Below the pieces are notes generated by a model, which saw only the letters and a program-made list of their open reading frames with translations, was not told where the DNA came from and ran no database searches. From Chiloscyllium plagiosum (lineage: Eukaryota): a stretch of DNA of 64,000 nt. Where the stretch lies: positions 10,543,466 through 10,607,465 of the forward strand of contig NC_057719.1 of NCBI RefSeq assembly GCF_004010195.1, given 5' to 3'. Shown piece after piece: positions 53,765 through 64,000 of this stretch (position 1 is its first letter; each line of letters opens with the position of its first letter). A program made the position numbers and the translations under genes.

Positions 53765-54066
53765 TAGAGTCATAGAGATGTACGACACAGAAACTGACCC
53801 TTCGGTCCAACACACCCATGCTGACCAGATACCCAAAATGAATCTAGTCTCATTTGCCAGAATTTGGCCCATATCCCTCTAAACCCTTTCTGTTTATATA
53901 GCCATCCAGGTACCTTTTAAATGTTGTAATTGTACCAGCCTCCACCACTTCCTCTGGCAGCACATTCCATACATACACCATCCTCTGCGTGAAAAAGTTG
54001 CTCCTTAGCTCCCTTTTAAATTTTCCCCTTTCACTCTAAATCTATGGCCACAAGTTTTGGACTCCT
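53765..54066 (-). mobile_element. CR1 3' end
   Basis: atagagtcatagag tail; gcctccaccacttcctctggcagc. Confidence 0.85.
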
Positions 54067-54079
54067 TCTGCGCTTTTGT

Positions 54080-54817
54080 CGGGAAAGCAGCCTCAACTCT
54101 TCCTTGCCTCACGACTTGAGTATGGACAAATCCCAAGCTGACAGTGAAGACAAAAATGTCAGTCTACAACACCGACTTCATAAGCACACTGTTGTACAGC
54201 AATGAAATGTGGACTACATACACCAGAGAGGAGAGAAGACTGAACACCTTCCACTTGAGGACTATCGGCCGTATCCTGAGCATATCCTGGCAAGACAGAG
54301 TGTCCAACGCAGCAGTCCTTTCTCACACTAGCCTTCCCAGCATGCACACTCTGTTCAGGAGCAGAGGCTGCGCTGGCTGGGCCACATCCACCACATGGAG
54401 GATGGCTGCATCCCAAAGGATATCCTCTGTGGAGATCTCGCATCCAGGAAGAGACCCACTGTGTGTCCCCAGCTGCACTACAAGGATGTCTGCATGAGCG
54501 ACATGAAGGAGCTTGATATCATTAGAGAGTTCCAGGAAAGGCTTGCAGCTGACCGCATGAGATGGAGAAGCACCCTGAACCAACACCTCAGAACAGGGGA
54601 AAAGAAGCTGATGAGCACTGTAGCTGACAAGCGGGCACCAAAGAAGGAATGCAGCAGTTCCAGCAGATCAACGACCACATACAGCTGTGACCTCTGTGAC
54701 CGGGACTGTCACTCCAATATTGATCTCTTCAGTCACATGCGATGTTGCTTCAGGGAAGCAGAAAGCTAGAACAACGAGGATGCAACTCATGGTCAGCCAT
54801 GACCGAAAGGGACATCA
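54080..54817 (+). mobile_element. RTE-clade LINE 3' fragment with 12-bp TSD
   Basis: STLLYSNEMWTTY...ILSISWQDRVSN; C-terminal CDLCDRDCHSNIDLFSH; TSD ctgcgcttttgt at 54068-54079 and 54818-54829. Confidence 0.88.
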
Positions 54818-54991
54818 CTGCGCTTTTGTAACATAGCAATTAGGACAGTTCAGCTCCTCGTTCTGGTACTCCCTCTGTAAAACTTCCTCCTCCTATCTGC
54901 CACTTTAAAATTCTTCTCAAAGCCTGTCTTTTCAATACTTTCCTAACCCTCGCACCAAATCTTATTCTTTCGCAGCAGTGCTAACCACTGT

Positions 54992-55323
54992 GGGTGACAC
55001 AGTGGCTCAGTGGTTAGCACTGCTGCCTCACAGTGCCAAGGACAAGGTTTGATTCCTGCCTCGGAGAACTGTCTGTGTGGAGTTTGCACATTTTTCCCGT
55101 GTCTGTGTAGGTTTCCTCCAGGTGCTCCAGTTTCCTCCCACAGTCCAAAGATGTCCAGGTCAGGTGAATTGGCCATGCTAAATTGCCCACAGTGTTAGGT
55201 GCATTAGTCAGGGGTAAATATAAGGTGAGGAAATGGGTCTGAGTAGTTGCTCTTCAAAGGGTCGGTGTGGACTTCTTGGGCCGAAGGGCCTGTTTCCATA
55301 CTGTAGGGAATCTAATCTAATCT
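54992..55323 (+). mobile_element. HE1-type SINE
   Basis: gtggctcagtggttagcactgctgcctcacag...(AATCT)n tail. Confidence 0.9.
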
Positions 55324-55856
55324 ATTCTTCTCAGCTACCCTTTGACATGTCCAACCCATCATAAATTGCCCTTGGATATTTCCCATGTTAAAAGCACAAT
55401 CTAATTGTAAGTTGTTAAAATAAAAGGGCATAGATTATAGGAACAGGAAGGCTATGTTGGAGATGTACAGGATTTTGGTTAGGTCACAGCTGGAGTACTG
55501 TGTGCAGTTCTGGTCACCACGCTACAGGAATGTTGAGATTTCTAGATGACTAGCTTGCTTAGCGTGTTCAATAGAACAGAAAACTGAATAGAAACCCAAA
55601 CAGAAATTGTTGGAAAAGCTCAGTAGGTATGGCAACACATCAATGGTGAGAAATTAGAGTTAACGTTTCAGCTCGTGTTAGCCTTCCTCAGAATTGAATA
55701 GCTTGGACAGCTGGTTTGTGACATGGAGTGACACCAACAGCATGGATTCAATTCCTGTACCAGCTGAAGTTACTATGTAGGCCCCGTCATCTCAACCTTG
55801 CCCCTCGTCTGAGACGTGGTGACCCTCAGATGAAACTATCACCAGCTGTCTCTCTA

Positions 55857-56390
55857 ACAGTTCTGGTCGCCACATTACCAAAAGGCTGTGGACGCTTTGG
55901 AGAGGGCGCAGAGAAGGTTTACGAGGATGTTGCCTGGTATGAAAGGTGCTAGCTATGAAGAGAGGTTGAGTAGGTTAGGGGTATTTTCACTACAAAAAAG
56001 GAGATTGAGGGGGGGACCTGATTGAGGTTTACAAAATCATGAAGGGTATAGACAGGGTGGATAGAGACAAGCTTTTTCCCAGGGTGAAAGATTCAATAAC
56101 CAGAGGTCATGCTTTCAAGGTGAGAGGTGGAAAGTTTAAGGGGGATACACTTGGCAAGTACTTCACACAGAGGGTGGTGGGCGTTTGGAATGTGTTGCCA
56201 GCGGAGGTGGTAGAGGCAAGCACGGTAGATTCATTCAAGATGCATCTGGACAGATGTATGAGTAGGTGGGGAGCAGAGGGATACAAATGCTTAGGAATTG
56301 ACCGACAGGTTTAGACAGTACATTTGTATCGGGTCAGGCTTGGAGGGCCGAAGGCCTGTCCCTGGGTTGTAAATTTTCTTTGTTCTTTGT
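55857..56390 (+). mobile_element. CR1 3' end
   Basis: MKGIDRVDRDKLFP...TRGHAFKV...FTQRVVGVWN. Confidence 0.88.
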
Positions 56391-56709
56391 TCGAACAATG
56401 GAAGAGTTGGACAGTGGCGACTTTCCCTTTACTGTTAACAGACTATAATCTCTTGTATTTGATAATTCACCTTTGCCCAGCAAGAAACTCACAACGTCTC
56501 ACATCAAAGTATGAAAAATGGAATGAGATTCTTCAGTTGTCGAGATGGGCCTTATTGGACTTTCTGTGAATTTGCCAACAAATCTCACTATTGGCCGTGT
56601 CACGCAGATCCCTATCTGATTTCAGTCCATTGATTCTTCTTTCAGTGTTGTTTCATTCTTTAATTTGGAAGGAAACACATCTCATTGGAAAAGTTAGAAG
56701 ATTCTGAAG

Positions 56710-57560
56710 TGTCAGAGGCTGAGGGGTGACCTTATTGAAGTTTATACAATCATGAGGGGCATGAATAGGGTGAATAGCCAAAGTCTTTTTCCCAGGGTAC
56801 GGGAGTCCAGAACTAGAGGGGATAGTTTTAAGATGAGAACGAAAAGGTATAAAATGGACCTTAGAGGTAACTTTTACACACAGAAGGTGGTGTGTGTATG
56901 GAATGAGCTGCCAGAGGAAGCGGTGGAGGCTGGTACAATTGCGACATTTAAAAGGAATCTGGATGGGTATATGAATAGGAAGGGATTGGAGGGATATGGG
57001 TCACCTGCTGGCAAATAGGACAAGATTAATTTAAGAAATCTGGTCAGCATGGATAATTTGGACCAAAGGGTCTATTTCTGTGCTGTACATCTCTATGACT
57101 CTATGACTATCACTATTGAGTGCTGTTGATGATACATTGACATTTAATGCCATCACTGAATCCCCTACTGCCAGAATTGACCATCAACTGAACTGGACCA
57201 GTCATAGAACATAGAAAAATACAGCACAGAACAGGCCCTTTGGCCCACGATGTGGTGCCGAGGTTTAGTCCTGATGTAAAGTATAATAACTTAACCTACG
57301 CACCCCTCAACTCACTGCTGTCCATGTGCATGTCCAGCAGTCACTTAAATGTCCCTAATGACTCTGCTTCCACCACCACCGCTGGCAATGCATTCCATGC
57401 ATTCACAACTCCCTGCATAAAGAACCTACCTCTGACGTCTCCTTTATACCTTCCACCTAATATCTTCAAACTATGACTCCTCGTACCAGTCAATCCTGCC
57501 CTGGGGAAACGTCTCTGGCTACTGAACCTATCTATTCCACTCATTAGCTTGTTTACCTCA
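56710..57560. mobile_element. Two CR1 3' ends, tail-to-tail (plus 56710-57110, minus 57204-57560)
   Basis: ORFs 56752-57018 and 57341-57565 with the WNxLP motif. Confidence 0.85.
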
Positions 57561-59559
57561 AACACTATGGTTTCAAAAGCTGGTCAGAGGCTAGGAATCC
57601 TGCGTCGAGTAACTCACCTCCTGACTCCCTACCACCTGTCCACCATCTACAAGGCACAAGACACGAGTGTGAGGGAATATTCCTCACTTGCCTGGATGGG
57701 TGCAGCTTCAATGACAGTCAAGAAATGTGTCACTATCCAGCGCAAAGCATCCTGTACTATCGACAGTTGGCACTGCAGAGACCTATCAAAGCTCCTTAGA
57801 CAGCAGCTTACAAACCTCAACTTCTACCATCTACCTACCAAAGGGCAGCAAATACAAGAGAGAAAGACCCCCTCCACAAGAATTCTGTGTCTAATATCCT
57901 GCCCCACTAGTTACCTGATGAAGGAGCAGCTAGTGCTCCAAAAGCTAGTGCTTCCAAATAAACCTGTTGGACGATCCTATTGTGTGATTTTTAACTTTGT
58001 CTTGGAATAGATCACCATTCCTTCAGTGTCACTGGGTCAAAGTACTCAGATTCCCTTCCTAACAGCGCGCGTGTCCCTACACCAGATGGATTGCAGCAGT
58101 TCAGAGACAGCTCACCACCACATTCTCAAGGGCAGTTAGAGATAGGCAATAAAGGCTGGCATTGTCAGTGATGACCATGTCCAAAGTACAAATAAAACTA
58201 ATAGAGCAAAAGGGTGCATTAGGATATATGGCCCCATTAAGCATTTCTGTACAAAATGAAAAGGATGAAAGGAAGAAACTGAAAGAGTTGCAGGCACATG
58301 TCTGAACTGGAGAGTATAAGCTGCAATATAGTGAAAATATGGGACTAAATATGTAGTCGTAGAGTTGTACAGCATGGAAATAGACCCTTCAGTCTAACCA
58401 GTCCATGCTGACCATAATCCCAAACTAAACTAGTCCCACCTACCTACGCTTAGCCCATATCCCTCCAAACATTTCCTATTCATGTTCTAATCCAAACATC
58501 CTTTAAACATTGTAACCGTACCTGCATTCAGCACTTCCTCTGGAAGCTCATTCCACACACAGATCATCCTCTCTGTTAGAAAAAAAATGCTGCTGTGGCA
58601 GTGCCCCTATCTCTGGTCCAGGAGACCCAGGTTCATGTTCCACCTGCTCAGGAGGTATGCAGTAGTGTCTCTGAACAGATTAAGAATATCTTTTCTCTCA
58701 GGTTAGTTTTCTGCAGCCATGCGTCTCTGAACGAACAAAAGGCAGAACATCTTAAATTGAACAACAAGCAATGGGCCGGATGTAGTTCATAGCCTAGCAC
58801 TGCATCACAATTTTTCTTGTAGTGATCACAATATCATTAAACTTGACAAACAGAGAAGTGAGAGTCAGTTAGTAAGATTTAGATTTTGACGTGGCTGAAT
58901 TTAACCTGATCAGACTGGCTGCAGAAAACTGGGCTCACCTATTAAGGGGCTAAAAAGACAGATCAGAAAATCTTTGAATTGGTTGAAGAATTGGTTATAT
59001 CCTTCCCTGATGAGACCTCCTTGCCAAGAAGAAAACAGCATGGATGACTGAATAGCTTTGGAGCAACATAATAATTAATAATGAAGCAAAAAAAATAGCA
59101 CAGGCACTGGCAACGTGTATATAAGCAACTAGCACAGAACAAAACAAAATCTAAAGTACTGTAGATGCTGGAAATCAGAAATGAAAGCCAAAATTTCTGG
59201 AAAAACACAACAGGCAAATTTGTGGAGAGAAAGCATAGTTAAAATTTCAGGTCCAGTGAACCTTCTTTAGAAGAGTAATGAAGAACGCTGAGTTGCCCTA
59301 ACTTTAATCATCAAAATTTCTATTGATTTGGGAACTGATCCTTTCGAACAGAAGGATGTGTCACTCCATTTGCTGAGGAAAGTGAGACAGGGGGAATTAT
59401 AGGGCATTAACTCAACATCTGTCACTTGGGAATTGCTGAAGTTTGCGGCTAAGGATAGGATAATTAACCACCTTGAAAACATTCAGCTGATCTGAGGTGG
59501 CCAGGAAAGATTTGTAAACGATAGCCGATACATGATGCATCCAATTGCATTTTTATTAT

Positions 59560-60280
59560 ATTACTTACACTGTGGAATCAGGCCCTTCAGCCCAACAAGT
59601 CCACACCGACCCTCCGAAGAGCAACCCACCCAGACCCATTCCCCTACATTTACCCCTCCACCTAACACTACGGGCAATTTAGCGTGGCCAATTCGCCTAA
59701 CCTGCACATTTTTGGACTTTGTGGGAGGAAACTGGAGCAAACCCGTGCAGACACGGGGAGAATGTGCAAACTCCACACAGACAGTTGCCTGAGGTGGGAA
59801 TTGAACCCGGGTCTCTAGCACTGTGAGGCAGCAGTGCTAACCACTGTGCCACCATGCCACCCCTTTATTGAAGTGATCATTACAAGTGAACAGATTAATG
59901 TTATTCATATGGACTTTCAGAAAGCACCAAGAGAGTGAGAGTTCTGGGGTGGCATGGTGGCTCAGTGGTTATCACTGAAGCCTCACAGCGTCAGGGGACT
60001 GAGTTTGATTCCACCCTCGGGATTCTGTCTGTGTGTGGTTTGCAAATTTTCCCCGTGAGTGTGTGAGTTTCCTCTGCTTTCCTTCCACAGTCCAAGGATG
60101 TGCAGGTTAGGGTGGATTAGCCATGCTAAATTGCCCACCATGTCCAGGGACATGCAGGCTAGATGGATTTGGTGAGGGGAATGCAGGGTTACTGGGATGG
60201 GGTGGTCTGGATGGAACGCTCTTTGGGGTGTGGACCTGATGGGCCGAATGGCCTGCTTCCACACTCTAAGGATTCTATGA
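59560..60280. mobile_element. Head-to-head HE1 SINE pair (minus 59560-59862, plus 59947-60280)
   Basis: ccactgtgccaccatgccaccc ... ggggtggcatggtggctcagtgg. Confidence 0.88.
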
Positions 60281-60466
60281 TTGAATTGAATACAGATTCT
60301 TACTGGGCAAGTTGACACACAATCAGAGGAGCCCACAGGCACTGAGGACCCATTTTTCATCAAGATGCTGTCTTTCCTTTGGAAACAGAGGTTGGGCATC
60401 TTCAGGGGGAGGTTAGGAGTGTGACACCTGGTGAGGAAATTCTGCAGCTTTGTAAATTATCCTCAC

Positions 60467-60511
60467 CACCCAGTCTTTTTGCCTCCACCCAACTTCTCGC
60501 TTAGAAGTCGT
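60467..60511 (-). CDS. Candidate 45-nt exon in phase with the 50444 exon
   Basis: ttacag|ACG...GGGTG|gtgagg; reads RLLSEKLGGGKKTG+tg; pyrimidine tract weak. Confidence 0.22.
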
Positions 60512-61362
60512 CTGTAAGCATGATTGCCCTTTTTGCAATAAAACAGCAAATTGTCTCTGTCTGCGTAAGCCACATATTTAATCCTGCTCCTACCTTCCAC
60601 TTCTCCTCTGGGATTTTCAATAAAGAAGGTTATTATTTTGTTGGAGAGAAGGTTCAATCAAATGATCCCTGGTTTGGAGGGATTATCTTGTGAGCAAAAG
60701 TTAAACAGGTTGGGACTGTACTCACTGGAGTTTCGAAGGATGAGAGGTGATCTCATTGAAACAAGAAGGATTCTTAAGCAGAGAAACAGGAGCTAGCTGA
60801 TCAGATGAAACACCTACATTCTAGCCTCACTGTACAGGCTACAGCTGAAATGTTTAAAGACCCACGACGCGTGATGAGGCTGTGGCTGTCTAGTGCTGAA
60901 CTGCCTGCAAGGGAACGTTCTGACGGCCAGAGTTTCTCAAGGTCATCAACATCCCCAACGCAAGTGACCTCCGCCCCAACCAGCTCCAGATCCCCTCCTC
61001 ACACGTTGCTCCTTTTATTTACTCAAATGTAACAAAACCACTGTGGAAGCTGGAAATCTGAAAAAAAAAGCAGGGAATGCTGGGGAACCCCTTTGAACCA
61101 TTCTGAAGAAGATATCAGACTCAAAATGTTCACTCCGCTTCCCTCCCCACAGCTATTGCCAGATCTGCTCCAGCATTCCCGATGCCTGTTTGCTCCTTTT
61201 ATCTATTCCATTATCTCCTCCCTCTTCCATGTGGAAACCACCTTAGAGTAGCACAAGAGTAGTTAAAGCATGGAAGGGTTTGCACAGCAATAACAGGGAT
61301 GTGCATTGACATAGCATCGAGTCACAGCAAGAGACAAGGAACCAAATGATAAAAGAGTAAGG

Positions 61363-62042
61363 TGTAGTGATTTCAACAAGGTCAGCCACGTGGAGCTCAT
61401 CGAATATGAGTCACCTGATTGGGGCTGTTAATCTTGGCTAATCAGGGAGCCCTGGCTGACACATAAAAGCAGGACTGTCACACCTGCACACACACAGCAT
61501 GGGTGCTGGGGAAAAAAAAGCACTACCGCAGTTAGGCGGTAGTGTGGGGGTTAAAAAAGAAAAAGAAAAAGAAAAAGAAAAGAAAAAAAGGAAAAAAGAC
61601 AAACAGGAGGGTCAGGGGTTAACAAAATAAACAGGAGTGGCTTGAATAAAAAAAAACAGGAGTGTCACACACAACATGGGTGCTGGGGAAAATATAAGCA
61701 CTACCGCAGTTAGGCGGTAGTGTGGGGGTAATAAGAAAAAAAGAAGCTGGACTATAAGGGCACTGCTTGTCACTGGCCACTCGGGTGCTTCCTCTCTTCC
61801 TGGTGGTGGAAACTCAATAAAGATTCGTGCACCTTGCGTCTTTCACTGTGTCTCACACCCGCACACACACAACATGGGTGCTGGGGAAAAATAAGCACTA
61901 CTGCAGTTATGCGGTAGTGTGGGGGTAATAGAAAAAAAAATTTAAAATAAGAGAAAAAATAAATAAATAAACAGGAGTGTCAGACATCCTGTTCACTCCA
62001 AGAGCTGGCTCTGAGGGAGCTGGATCAGTGTGTGCAAGGACT
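61363..62042 (+). mobile_element. LTR-like host repeat with CCAAT- and TATA-like boxes, split by insertions
   Basis: tgtagtgatt...gattgggg...ctaatcagggag...acataaaagcaggactgtca resumes at aaacaggagtgtcagacatcc (61969). Confidence 0.5.
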
Positions 62043-62267
62043 AAGAAAAAAAGCAGACTGAAAGGGCACTGCTTGTCACTGGCCACTCGGGTGTTTCCTA
62101 TCTTCCTGGTGGTGGAAACTGAATAAAGATCCGTGCACCTTGTGTCTCTCACTGTGTCTCACACCTGCACACACACACACACAACATGGGTGCTGGGGAT
62201 AATAAGCACTACCGCAGTTAGGCGGGAGTGTGGGGGTAAATAAAAGAAGAAAAAAAGAAAAAAAAAC
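61481..62267 (+). mobile_element. Cluster of poly(A)-tailed, variably 5'-truncated copies of one element
   Basis: Four copies of catgggtgctgggg...cactaccgc-agttag-gcggtagtg-tggggg followed by A-rich tails. Confidence 0.75.
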
Positions 62268-62764
62268 AAGACTGTCAGGTAGGATGAAGAAAATCCAGGA
62301 TTCACCAGCTTCCCAGAATTGTTAGAACACAGATTTTGAATGGGGTGGTTCATGTTTATGCAGCAGTCATTCTTGAAATCAGGAATCAAATCCGTTGGAA
62401 GTAATATGTTTTGATTTGGTGTACGGCTGCTGATCTTCATAATCTGAGTGATGGAATCTAAAGTTGCCTAGTTTAACGGGAATTGTAATGGTGAGTGTCA
62501 GAACTTAGCCAAATGGAAGGAGGAAAGGTTAAGAGAGATCTCCTTAATACTTTGTTGCTTTATAACTCTGACAGCTCAATGTTGCACATTCATTGTGAAG
62601 AACGCTAATTCTGAACTGCCAAGTGCTACAAAACTGTCACAATCAGATATCAGGTAATTGCACTTTTTTTCCCAGTTTTATCTGAGCAGGCTGACAAAGC
62701 TGAAAGCTTGAAATGTGATTATTTAAAAAACAACTACAGCTGTAAGATTAACTGAGAGAAGAAG

Positions 62765-64000
62765 ATTGATTGGAATCTCCTTACTGCAAATGGTCTGGAC
62801 GGAGTCGATTTTGTCAGGTGTGTTCAGGAAGGGTTTCTGACTCAACATGTAGATAGGCCGACTAGGGGAGAGGCCATATTGGATTTGATGCTAGGCAATG
62901 AGCCAAGCCAGATGTCAGATATCTCGGTGGGAGAGCATTTCGGTTACAGTGACCACCACTGCCTCACCTTTACCATAGCCATGGAGAGGGATAGGAACAG
63001 GCAATTAAGGAAGGTATTTAATTGGGGGAGGGGAAATTATACTGCTATTAGACAGGAGTTGTGGAGTATGAATTGGGAATAATTGTTCTATGGGAAATGC
63101 ACAACAGAAATGTGGAGACTGTTTAAGGAGCACTTGTTGCGAGTGTTGGATAACTTTGTCCCACTGAGACAGGCAAGAAATGGTAAGGTGAATGAGCTTT
63201 GGATGACAAAAGAAGAGGAGATTCTTGTCAAGAGGAAGAAGGAAGCTTACTTAAGGTTGAGGAAGCAAGGATCTGGCACAGTTTTAGCGGATTACTAGGT
63301 AGTTAGGAAAGAACTCAAAAATGAACTGAGGAGAGCTAGGAGGGGGCGCAAATTAGCCTTGGTGGGAAGGATTAGGGTAAACACAAAGGTGTTCTCCACT
63401 TACATGAGGAATAAAAGAATGAACAGAGAGAGTGTAGGGCTGATCAGGGATAGTGAAGGGAACTTGTGCCTGGAGTCTGAAGAGGTAGGGGAGGCCGTAA
63501 ATGAGTATTTTTGCTTCAGTATTCACGAGAGAGTGTTGATACCTTGTTGATAGAACACCATGGGCCAGGTTAATAGGCTCGATCAGATTGCTATTAAAAA
63601 AGTGGATGTGCTGGAAATTCTGGGAAGCATCAAGATAGATAAGGCCCCAGGGCCAGACCACTTATATCCAAGGTTACTATGGGGAGTGAGGAATGAAATT
63701 GCTGCGCCTCTGGGGATGATCTTTGCATCTTCACTCTCCATGGGAGTAGTACTAGATGATTGGAAAGAGGCAAATGTTGGTTCCTCTGTTCAAGAAAGGA
63801 AAGAGGGAAATCTCTGAGAATTATAGTCCAGTCAGTCTTACGTCAGTGGTAAGCAAGGTACTGGGAAGGATTCTGAGAGATAAAATTTATAACTATTTGG
63901 AAAAACATAGTTTGATTAAGGATAGTTAGCGTAGCTTTGTGAGGGGCAGGTCATGCCTCACAAGTCTTATTGACTTCTTTGAGGATGTGAAGAGACAAAT
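62765..64000 (+). mobile_element. CR1 ORF2 (endonuclease end, linker, RT start), degenerate, running off the window
   Basis: LDLMLGNEP, EHFGYSDH, DKAPGPDHLYPRLL, DDWKEANV, PVSLTSVVSK. Confidence 0.92.

Noticed and set aside
61481..62267. CRISPR, terminator or histone stem-loop reading of the hairpin repeats
   Set aside because: Irregular spacing, homologous inter-repeat sequence, poly(A) tails, and the hairpin does not match the histone stem-loop

Overview
Eukaryotic, repeat-dense genomic DNA from a cartilaginous fish, inferred from the HE1 and SacSINE1-like SINEs and shark-type CR1 tails. Two assembly gaps lie at 15382-15881 and 30360-31178. Almost every ORF in the track is a decayed retroelement fragment or spurious. 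Recognisable content: many 5'-truncated CR1-clade LINEs, two RTE fragments, at least 11 HE1 SINEs, Deu-type SINEs, solo LTRs, two TA-flanked MITEs, and Penelope-like element (PLE) pieces from about four families. Most notable: (i) PLE termini carry minimal hammerhead-ribozyme motifs and occur as short TSD-flanked palindromes, one a perfect 186-bp hairpin; (ii) a hairpin+poly(A) retro-element has apparently inserted repeatedly at one motif next to an LTR TATA box (61.4-62.3 kb); (iii) an ~83-bp satellite with dimeric structure shares a 23-mer with the PLE 3' end; (iv) a telomeric array sits inside a PLE; (v) two in-phase candidate minus-strand exons of an unidentified host gene. Repeat names come from motif recognition, not database searches, and repeat boundaries are approximate unless TSDs are given.
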